Origin: an uncultured Oscillospiraceae bacterium | GTDB taxonomy: Bacteria; Bacillota; Clostridia; Oscillospirales; Oscillospiraceae | Length of the DNA: 64,000 bases | Assembly: GCA_944386985.1 (NCBI GenBank) | Contig: CALXDD010000012.1 | Coordinates: forward strand, 153-64,152 | Reading direction: 5' to 3' | In this document: positions 56,345 through 63,966 of the stretch, piece by piece | Layout: every line of letters begins with the position of its first letter | Numbering within the stretch: position 1 is the stretch's first letter | The notes under the pieces: model-generated | What the model was told of the DNA's origin: nothing | Seen by the model: the letters and a program-made list of their open reading frames with translations, nothing else | Databases searched by the model: none | Program-made: the position numbers and the translations under genes

Positions 56345-56620
56345 GCTGAGTGGACTGCCCGGAGGCACCGGGCTTCGGGCGCGTCTCCCGTCCTCTCGGC
56401 GGGGGAGTAGCCCTCTGTTCTTCCCACCCGGCGGCTTTTGGGGGAAGCGCCAACCGAACCGGCAAACGCTTTTGCCGGTCAGGTCAGCACTCCCCGGCCG
56501 CACCCATGGGCATTCACCGGCGTCCCGACCGGCATAGCAAGGGGAAATCGGCAGGCTCAGGCGACGCCCGCCTGCTGATCAAAGGCCGCAAGGCCAAAGT
56601 CCCGGATATTCCGGGCGGTA
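56345..56620 (-). ncRNA. Candidate omega-RNA / guide-RNA scaffold of the TnpB-like gene
   Basis: About 200 nt of GC-rich, hairpin-dense sequence follows the tnpB-like stop (for example CCGGCAAA-agcg-TTTGCCGG and GCCCGG-tgcct-CCGGGC). It ends abruptly at about 56350, where AT-rich sequence begins. The assignment rests only on this position, which is where TnpB-family omega RNAs lie. Confidence 0.3.
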
Positions 56621-57723
56621 TTTTCATCGCGGTTCAGCTGCTCTCCGCAGTGGGGGCATACCCAGGTTCTGCGGCGCGCCGGCAGCTTCTCATTCACACA
56701 GCCGCAGGCGTGGCAGGTCCTGGCAGCGGGGAGATAGGGGTCTACATCGATGTACTGCTTGCCCTGCTCCTCCAGCTTGTAGCGCAGGAACTCCCGGAAC
56801 ATGCCGAAGCCGGAGTCCAGCACGTTTCCGCCCTCGAGGCGCTGGGCCATCACATTCAGGTCGGCCCCCCGCACACACACGGCGTCCCAGGCGTTGGCTA
56901 TCCGCCTGCTCTGCTGGTGCGCGAAGTCCCGGCGCTGGTTTGCGATATGCTCATACTGGAGCCGGACTTTCTGAAGCTGCTTTTCGTAGTTTCCGGAGCC
57001 CCTCTGCATCCGGGAGAGCTTGCTTTGCATCCGGGCCAGCTTCTCTCTGGCGGCCGCCATCTGCGGCGGGATCTCCGGACTGCCGCCGCTGCTGTCTACA
57101 TAGAAATGGGCCATGGAGTAATTGAGGCCCACAGTCCGCTGAGGGGTTGGGACGACAGGCTCCGGAATCTCGGTCTCATATCCGAAGGCCATGGAACAGA
57201 AATACTTTCCGGTTTTTGTCTTGGTGATGGTCACAGACCGCAGCGACCACCAGTGCAGAGGCTTCCTGTACAGCTTCACCTTGAGCAGCCCCAGCTTGGG
57301 CATCTGCAATCCCGCGCCGGTGAGGCGCAGGGACGGCCCGGTGTGATAGGGGCGGCTGTAAACGGTAAAGGAGTCCTTGCGTGCCTTCTTGGTCTTGGGC
57401 CTGGGGTACTGGAAAACCCTCGGGTTTCGGAAAAAATCCAGAAAAGCTTTGCGCAGGCTCTGGTGCACCGCACAGAGGGCCTGACTGTCCACCTCCTTGA
57501 GGAAGGGGGCGCCCTTTTTGTACCGGGCGGGGGTAGGGATATAGTGGACGTCCGTGGCCGCATAGAACTCCTGAACGTCAGAGAGCATCTGATTCCAGAG
57601 GTAGCGGCAGCAGCCAAAGGTTTTTTCCATCAGCTCCGCCTGCTCCGGCGTGGGGTAGACGGGAACCTTGAGGACGGTATATCGGACGGTTTTGGCGGGA
57701 CTCTCTTTGGGTTTGCTTGGCAT
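56557..57723 (-). CDS. tnpB: TnpB-like (IS605 OrfB family) protein with substituted RuvC catalytic residues
   Basis: Start trimmed to MPSKPKESPAKTVRY. 388 aa. OrfB hallmarks: TFGCCRYLWNQ, LKEVDSQAL, zinc ribbon CHACG..CPHCG, and RDENTARNI. RuvC-I reads VGLN (Asn201 where Asp is expected). RuvC-II reads VCVRGADLNV (no Glu). The RuvC-III Asp366 is retained. Confidence 0.9.
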   Translation of the reverse strand: MPSKPKESPAKTVRYTVLKVPVYPTPEQAELMEKTFGCCRYLWNQMLSDVQEFYAATDVHYIPTPARYKKGAPFLKEVDSQALCAVHQSLRKAFLDFFRNPRVFQYPRPKTKKARKDSFTVYSRPYHTGPSLRLTGAGLQMPKLGLLKVKLYRKPLHWWSLRSVTITKTKTGKYFCSMAFGYETEIPEPVVPTPQRTVGLNYSMAHFYVDSSGGSPEIPPQMAAAREKLARMQSKLSRMQRGSGNYEKQLQKVRLQYEHIANQRRDFAHQQSRRIANAWDAVCVRGADLNVMAQRLEGGNVLDSGFGMFREFLRYKLEEQGKQYIDVDPYLPAARTCHACGCVNEKLPARRRTWVCPHCGEQLNRDENTARNIRDFGLAAFDQQAGVA

Positions 57724-57831
57724 CTCCGTCCGCGCTCCTTTCCTTCTGCTTCGGGTCTCCGTCTCCGGCCCGCCGGCAATCACGTTCCCCCGCGTCTGAC
57801 AGGAGGCAGTCAAAAACTCATGTGCAATGGA

Positions 57832-58305
57832 TCAGGCCCCGGTCTGTTCATGGCGGGCCGTATTCTCCTGAGCGCTGCCGCTTTGGGCGGCCTCTATGGC
57901 GGCGAATCTGCCGCACAGGGCTTTCAGCTTTTCCTGTACCCCTGCGCTTCCATGCGCTGCCATCCACTCGTCCAGATGATCCGCAACCTCCGCCAGCTCC
58001 CGCAGCGTCTCTTCTCTTTCTTCCGCTGCGCTTTGGCGCTGCCGTTCACGCTCGGCTTTCTCTTCCAGCCGCTCCGCGTGACGTTTCGCGTCGTATCTGC
58101 GCCTGGCCATACTTTTCGGCCGCTTTTCCAGCAGGCCGTCCGGACGTTCGCCCGAGCGCTCGTGAACCTCGCCCCGGAGAACGGAAACCTCCCTGGGAGC
58201 CTTCACCGACACGCAAAAAGCCGAGCCGGACTGCTTGAACACCTGCACGGTGATGTCCTCCCCGATGGTGAGGTACTCGCCGGATTTCAGTTGCAGCGAG
58301 AGCAT
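57832..58305 (-). CDS. CsrA-like RNA-binding protein with a ~95-aa charged, helical C-terminal extension
   Basis: Start trimmed to MLSLQLKSGEYLTIGEDITVQVFKQSGSAFCVSVKAPREVSVLRGEVHER, which matches the CsrA pattern ML.L.R..GE...IGD.I.V.V......V.IGI.AP..V.V.R.E. Strong RBS GAAGGAGA. 157 aa versus about 70-75 aa for canonical CsrA. Confidence 0.8.
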   Translation of the reverse strand: MLSLQLKSGEYLTIGEDITVQVFKQSGSAFCVSVKAPREVSVLRGEVHERSGERPDGLLEKRPKSMARRRYDAKRHAERLEEKAERERQRQSAAEEREETLRELAEVADHLDEWMAAHGSAGVQEKLKALCGRFAAIEAAQSGSAQENTARHEQTGA

Positions 58306-58360
58306 AAAAGTCTCCTTCTCCAGCCGGGCGCTTCCCTGCGCCGTGCGGGTTTGCGCTTGT

Positions 58361-58492
58361 GTAGGTTTACAAATACACTTTTTCAAACTGCCTTCACTAT
58401 TTCTTTCGGCTGAATTTTTAGAAAATTAAGGTCTCTGACAGAATTTTTTTATTCGCCTGATCAGTTTGTAAACCTACACTTTTTCAAACTGC
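58361..58492. repeat. Inverted and direct repeat array between the recombinase and the CsrA-like gene
   Basis: Perfect 13-bp inverted repeat: GTAGGTTTACAAA (58361-58373) / TTTGTAAACCTAC (58465-58477). Perfect 18-bp direct repeat TACACTTTTTCAAACTGC at 58374-58391 and 58475-58492. Confidence 0.9.
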
Positions 58493-59122
<630 letters not shown>

Positions 59123-59371
59123 TCATAGGCAAATCTCCTAACTTTTTAGTTTACAATAAAATAATCTCCCGTTCCTACCCACCAGGTTCCTGCCCGGGAA
59201 GAAGAAACGGGAGGCTGATCCAATTTTGAACGCCGGAAAAGCGGGCTTTCGCCGCCTGCAGAAGCGCCCATGAATCCCTCCGCTGCATACCGCCGGCTGA
59301 AAAAGATCCCTGTGGAAAGCAATCTGTCTGAGCCGTGTTTTGAGTTTCCGCGAAAAGTCATTTTCTACAGC

Positions 59372-59409
59372 AAAAAAGCCTTGAAAACCGAAGTTTTCAA
59401 GGCTTTTTT
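59372..59409. terminator. Perfect bidirectional intrinsic terminator
   Basis: AAAAAAGCCTTGAAAAC-cgaa-GTTTTCAAGGCTTTTTT. Confidence 0.8.
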
Positions 59410-59460
59410 GGGCTGCCGGACGGATTTGAACCGCCGCTCTTATCCTCGCCGGCGCAGGCT
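59409..59460 (-). other. tRNA 3'-end-like fragment (T-arm plus acceptor 3' strand) with no 5' half; possible att-site remnant
   Basis: Minus strand reads GGCGG-TTCAAAT-CCGTC-CGGCAGC-C. No complementary GCTGCCG lies within 150 nt upstream. AT-rich sequence lies on the 5' side and the terminator directly on the 3' side. Confidence 0.4.
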
Positions 59461-59587
59461 TCTTATTTTTTTAATCTTTTATAGTAAGCAGAATCTGCAT
59501 CGCTGTAAACAATGAATCAGCGCGGCGCACCTTTTCTGCTTCCCTTTCCTGCAGCCAATGTGACAATAGTCTGCCCCATGCTCAGCT

Positions 59588-60166
59588 TTATTCCACGGCC
59601 TCCACTGTCACAGCACCTGCGGTATCCAGCGATTCCAAAAGCTCAAGGCCGGACTCCACCTCGCCCAGAGGCATCAGAGATTCTGAGGCGCGGAAATCCT
59701 GGTAAAAGAAGCAGAAATTGCCCCAAGGAATGTAGTAACAAAAGCTGCCCGCATTCGGGTCACATTGGGCAGGAGCCCCTTTTGCAGGAAGCCCCTCATC
59801 GGGATAGGCAATTTTCTCCGTTCCGTTATAATCCTCAAAGGTCAGTTCCATGGGAAGGCGTGCGTAGAGTGCGTCAGCGGCGGGATGATCCTCCAGCGAC
59901 ACAATGATCTCCTGGCCGTCCACAAGAAAACGAATCCTTTTTACTTCGTTCCCTTCAGAGTCCTCCTGTTCTGTTTTTTCCTGAGATGCCTGCTCCGGCG
60001 TGCGAGCGGGTATATCGGCGGGTTCCATCTCTTCGCTGTCCTCAGGCAGAGCCTGTGTAATTCCAGAAAAATCGGATTCCTGCGGCGTCCCATGGCCTGT
60101 CCCACAGCCAGCCAAGGACAGGGCGAAAAGGGACCATATACAAATCAAAATATTTTTGCGCATCAT
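59588..60166 (-). CDS. Lipoprotein with a cyclophilin-like-fold C-terminal domain
   Basis: 192 aa. Lipobox LSLAGCG, acidic linker, then IRFLVDGQEIIVSLEDHPAADALYARLP... Confidence 0.75.
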   Translation of the reverse strand: MMRKNILICIWSLFALSLAGCGTGHGTPQESDFSGITQALPEDSEEMEPADIPARTPEQASQEKTEQEDSEGNEVKRIRFLVDGQEIIVSLEDHPAADALYARLPMELTFEDYNGTEKIAYPDEGLPAKGAPAQCDPNAGSFCYYIPWGNFCFFYQDFRASESLMPLGEVESGLELLESLDTAGAVTVEAVE

Positions 60167-60331
60167 CTCACCTCCAAGTCCAGTCCGGCAGCCCCTTGCT
60201 GAATATCTCGCCGGGCACGGGAAACATCCGGGCGGTGCACACCAATGGGGGCCAGACTCGTCACATCATTTCCAAAGGTCATACATTCTCCGAGAACATC
60301 CCCTGTTCTCAGATAGCGGTAAGCAGGCATC

Positions 60332-61000
60332 TCAAACAGCACCGGCTGCGCCGTCCACACTGGAGCCGCCCACATGAAAGCCCTCCAGAATGGCTGCACC
60401 CTCCGCAGCAGCTTCCATGCTGTCGATCCCGTTGCCAAAACCACCTCTGCCGCTGGTGCAGAAAGGAATTAAGGCTTTGCCGCTCCAGTCATCGCTCTCC
60501 AGAAAAGTAAGCGCCGCCATAGGGACATCGCTTCACCAGTTGGGGTAGCCGATAAAGACGGTATCATACTCCTCCATGTTCTCCACTTGGGCAGCCAGTG
60601 GGGGACGGATATTGTCCGCCCGCTCCTGCTTGGCCTGGTCGACCGCCGCATCGTAATCATCGGTGTAAGGGGTCTCTGTCTCAATGGCGAACAGGTCGCC
60701 GCCAACGACCTCCTGAATCATTCCGGCCAGAGTTTCCGTGTTGCCGGACCAGGAGAAATAGGCAATGAGCGTTTTATCTTCATCTTCCACAGGAATTTCA
60801 GCAGATGCCTCTTCAGAACTCCCGCCGCCATCAGGCGTTTCCTCCATCTGTTCAGAGGGAGCCGGAGGGAGATCTCCCTCCGGCTGAGAGCCGGCGCCGT
60901 CAGGCGGAGCAGAGGTTCCGCTCTGCCCTCCGGAAGCGCCGCAGGCCGCCAGCATAAAGACCATTGCGAAAGACAAAAGCAGGGAAAGCATTTTTTTCAT
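60332..61000 (-). pseudogene. Lipoprotein-anchored flavodoxin-like protein interrupted by an in-frame TGA
   Basis: Lipobox FMLAACG. Flavodoxin-like LIAYFSWSGNTE...FIGYPNW, then TGA (60533-60535), then in frame SDVPMAALTFLE...FCTSGRGGFG. The paralog at 61014-61487 reads PNWWSS at the same position. Confidence 0.75.
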
Positions 61001-61013
61001 GGGAAGGTCCTCC

Positions 61014-61487
61014 TTACTTCGTGAAACTGATTTTCTTCAGCCACTTCTGGATGTCCGCTGCTTTGCCGGAGCCGCCGTAAACGGACAGCTCGGGCAAAAT
61101 CGCCGCGCCGCGGCCGGCCTTTTCCATGTCCCGGCGAATGTGGCCGGAGCCGCCGCCCCCATGAGTACAGAAGGGTGCGATCTGTACTCCTTTGATGTCG
61201 GCCTGCTCCAGAAAGGTCAGGACCGGGGGTGCGGGGGAGCTCCACCAGTTGGGGGTCCCTACAAAGACCATATCATAGGCGGACAGGTCGGGCAGCGCCG
61301 TTTTCAGCGCGGGCCGGAAGCCGCTCTGAAGCTCTCGCTTGGCCTGAGCCACCACGGTGTTATAGTCCCCCGGATATGCGGTTTCCGGAACAAGCTCCAG
61401 CAGGTCGCCGCCGGTCTCCTTGGCGATCAGCTCCGCCAGACGGCGGGTGGTGCCGGAATGGGAATAGTAAACGATCAGGGTTTTCAT
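61014..61487 (-). CDS. Flavodoxin-like protein (cytoplasmic)
   Basis: 157 aa. MKTLIVYYSHSGTTRRLAE...GTPNWW...FCTHGGGGSG. Confidence 0.9.
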   Translation of the reverse strand: MKTLIVYYSHSGTTRRLAELIAKETGGDLLELVPETAYPGDYNTVVAQAKRELQSGFRPALKTALPDLSAYDMVFVGTPNWWSSPAPPVLTFLEQADIKGVQIAPFCTHGGGGSGHIRRDMEKAGRGAAILPELSVYGGSGKAADIQKWLKKISFTK

Positions 61488-61499
61488 AAATGAGCCTCC

Positions 61500-62360
61500 T
61501 CACTGCTCAAAGCGAATGTTGTGGAGCCGATAGACCTCATCCAAACTGGGGACATCCAGAATCAGGCTGTGTCCTCTGTCCAGCTTGCCAATCTCCTCCA
61601 TATCCTCGGCAGACAACACGAAGTCGTCTACATCGAAATTCTGACGGATGCGCTCGGCATGGACCGATTTGGGAATGGTGATGATATTGCTCTGGCGCAT
61701 CCACCGCAGGATGACCTGGGCGGGCGCCTTGCCGTACTGCGCGCCGATGCCGGATAGAGTGGGATTCTGGAAAATGCCCTCCCGCCCTTCGGCGAAAGGG
61801 GCCCAGGCCATGGGGCAAATGCGGTATTGCGCCATCGCCCGCCGCAGTTCTCTCTGCTGACAGAAAGGATGCAGTTCGATCTGATCGACCGCCGGGACGA
61901 CCTCATGGCTCAAAATCAGATCCAGCAATCGGTCCGGCAGGAAATTGCACACCCCAATGGCCCTGACCCTCCCGGCCCGGTACAGTTCTTCCATAGCCCG
62001 CCAGCTTCCGTGATAATCGCCGTAAGGCATATGGATCAGGTAGAGGTCCAAATAGTCGGTCTGGAGATTTTTGAGGGTTTTCTCAAAGGAACCCATGGTC
62101 TTGTCGTAACCCGCATCCTGAATCCAGACCTTGGAGGTCAGAAACAATTCCTCCCTGGGAATCCCGCTGCCTTTGACCGCTTCTCCCACAGCCCGCTCGT
62201 TGCCGTAGCAGGCGGCGGTATCAATGAGGCGGCAGCCGGTCTCCAGGGCCGTCCGAACACTCGCTTTGCAAACCGCCTGGTCCGTCACCTGGAAAACGCC
62301 CAGCCCCAGCAGAGGCATCCGGACATTGTTGTTCAACTGAATGGTATCCATATCTGTCAC
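61500..62360 (-). CDS. Aldo/keto reductase
   Basis: 286 aa. MPLLGLGVFQ..., IDTAACYGNE, LTSKVW. ATGA overlap with the MerR stop. Confidence 0.9.
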   Translation of the reverse strand: MTDMDTIQLNNNVRMPLLGLGVFQVTDQAVCKASVRTALETGCRLIDTAACYGNERAVGEAVKGSGIPREELFLTSKVWIQDAGYDKTMGSFEKTLKNLQTDYLDLYLIHMPYGDYHGSWRAMEELYRAGRVRAIGVCNFLPDRLLDLILSHEVVPAVDQIELHPFCQQRELRRAMAQYRICPMAWAPFAEGREGIFQNPTLSGIGAQYGKAPAQVILRWMRQSNIITIPKSVHAERIRQNFDVDDFVLSAEDMEEIGKLDRGHSLILDVPSLDEVYRLHNIRFEQ

Positions 62361-62716
62361 TCCTTTCGCTCCTGTGCTTTTTGAATTTCATATCGGAGAT
62401 AGTCCAGCCGCTGAAGCCGGTGTTCCCGGAAATGGAGTTCATCCAGCGCGGCGTCCCGTTTTCGGCTGAGCATCCGAAGGCGCTCCCGCTCACTGTCCGA
62501 CTGTTCCAGGGTCAGGCGCATATAGGTCTCCACTTCCTCTGTGGTAAATCCGATGTCATGGAGGGTCATCATGAGGCTCAGACGCTCCAAATCCTCATCA
62601 TCGTACTGCCATGTTCCCATGACCTTCTTGACCGCCCCGCACAGGCCCCAGCTCTCATACTTCTTCAAGATGTTCACAGGGATTTGGTAGCGATCACTTG
62701 CTTCTTGAATGGTCAT
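62357..62716 (-). CDS. MerR-family transcriptional regulator
   Basis: Start trimmed to MTIQEASDRYQIPVNILKKYESWGL after AGGAG. 119 aa with a coiled-coil C-terminus. Confidence 0.85.
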   Translation of the reverse strand: MTIQEASDRYQIPVNILKKYESWGLCGAVKKVMGTWQYDDEDLERLSLMMTLHDIGFTTEEVETYMRLTLEQSDSERERLRMLSRKRDAALDELHFREHRLQRLDYLRYEIQKAQERKE

Positions 62717-62821
62717 ATCTTCGCTCCTAAACAAAAAAATGTAGGCGCCCGTTCAGGACACCTACATTTTAAAACAAGGTTTCTGATATGTCGAATGCCT
62801 ATTTTGAGTAATCAAAAATGC

Positions 62822-63466
62822 TTAATCCGCATTTTTAATGTGCTGATGGAATTGACCGGCCGCAGGAGAGAGCGGCTTGTCCTTTTTCCAAGCCAACACA
62901 GTTCCTGTCTCCAGTTTAGGTGACAGGGGGACAAATTTCAGAGCATCGGAGATGTTCTCCAAATAGAAGCACAGTGCTGCGCCCACACCATTTTTGACCA
63001 TATTTGCGGCATTCAAAATCAGGTTGAAGGTAGCGGCTACCTCAATGCGTCCATAGTCCTCGCCAAACCAGTTGGCCAGTTCACCGCGCACCTGTTCCCG
63101 TCCGCTCAAAAGCAGAGGGACACCCAGCAGGTCCTGGGAAGTGACGGTTTCTTTTTCCGCCAGAGCCGAGTCCTTTGGCACCAACACACCCCAGCGATCC
63201 TTTTGGGGAAGGCGCAGAAAAGCATATCTGCCAATATCCACCGGTTCTGTCAGAAGCCCCATATCCAGAAGACCTTTTTCCATGCGCTCTTTTATATCGT
63301 CTGCGTTGGCGCTGTATATACGAAACTGCACCTTTGGATGGAGCGATCGGAATGCGCGGATATGCCGGGAGAGGGTGGGCTGCGTCACATGGAGCAATGC
63401 CGCCGCTTTTGTGATATTCTCCTCCTGTGCCACTGCCAAAAAATAACGCAAAACCCGCAGTTCCAT
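62822..63466 (-). CDS. LysR-family regulator with an apparent in-frame internal deletion (probably non-functional)
   Basis: 214 aa. MELRVLRYFLAVAQEENITKAAALLHVTQPTLSRHI runs directly into RAFRSLHPKVQFRIYSANADD (effector-domain start). About 70-80 aa, covering the rest of the wHTH and the linker helix, are missing relative to typical LysR proteins of about 290 aa. Confidence 0.7.
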   Translation of the reverse strand: MELRVLRYFLAVAQEENITKAAALLHVTQPTLSRHIRAFRSLHPKVQFRIYSANADDIKERMEKGLLDMGLLTEPVDIGRYAFLRLPQKDRWGVLVPKDSALAEKETVTSQDLLGVPLLLSGREQVRGELANWFGEDYGRIEVAATFNLILNAANMVKNGVGAALCFYLENISDALKFVPLSPKLETGTVLAWKKDKPLSPAAGQFHQHIKNAD

Positions 63467-63966
63467 AAAATCCCTCCTCCAGCATTTTATTTTATCACAG
63501 GCCAGCTCTGCCGTCGATCCCTATCCCCGCACCACAATATCCCAGCGCCACAATTGATAGGCACCGGAAGGCTGCAGCGATCGCAGGCGGCTTTCTCGCA
63601 GACTGCTTGGAAGAGGAGATACCCCATAGTAAATCGCAGAAAACGCGGCAGACTACTGCGCCTACTTCACAGACGAAACACAGAGAATTGCGGCGGCAAA
63701 GATTGATTTTGGAATTTGCAAAAAGATCCCAAAACAGATGCAAAAGCTGCTCTTCTCCCCCCCCTTTTCAAGCTTACAAAGGCCGGCAACGCAAGCCAGG
63801 AGCAGGCTGCATCAGCCAGATCGAAAGAAATAGCAAGCTAAAGAAGCAGCGGGCCTCCGGAGGCAAAACACCTTCGGAGGCCCATTTTTCTCTGTCTGCC
63901 GCTTGTTGTGTAGTCAACGCTTTGACCACTTATCATTGCTCAGCTAAAAAATAGCAAAGCGCAAAT

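Larger units (their letters stand above)
56345..57831 (-). mobile_element. IS200/IS605-derived module carrying only a tnpB-like gene; no tnpA in the window
   Basis: TnpB-like ORF plus structured 3' flank. No Y1 transposase gene and no clear terminal hairpin pair were identified. Confidence 0.4.

Noticed and set aside
56350-58413. 687-aa plus-strand ORF spanning the TnpB-like and CsrA-like region
   Set aside because: It is antisense to two genes with clear family motifs. The translation is Gly/Arg/Leu/Pro-rich and has no motifs.
59140-59156. ACTTTTTAGTTTACAA upstream of the recombinase as the partner hix-like site for inverting the recombinase gene itself
   Set aside because: Only about 10 of 13 positions match the 13-bp inverted-repeat core, with an indel. 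That is much weaker than the perfect 58361/58465 pair. It is mentioned within the repeat finding but not called as a feature.
60163-60444. 93-aa minus-strand ORF between the cyclophilin-like and flavodoxin genes
   Set aside because: It is out of frame with, and overlaps, the flavodoxin C-terminus, whose natural end (..GFHVGGSSVDGAAGAV) matches the paralog's length. It has no RBS.
60533-60535. TGA in the flavodoxin as a recoded codon (selenocysteine or Trp)
   Set aside because: The paralog has Trp here and flavodoxins are not selenoproteins. I saw no SECIS-like hairpin immediately downstream. TGA clearly terminates many genes in this window, so a nonsense mutation or a base-call error is the simpler explanation.
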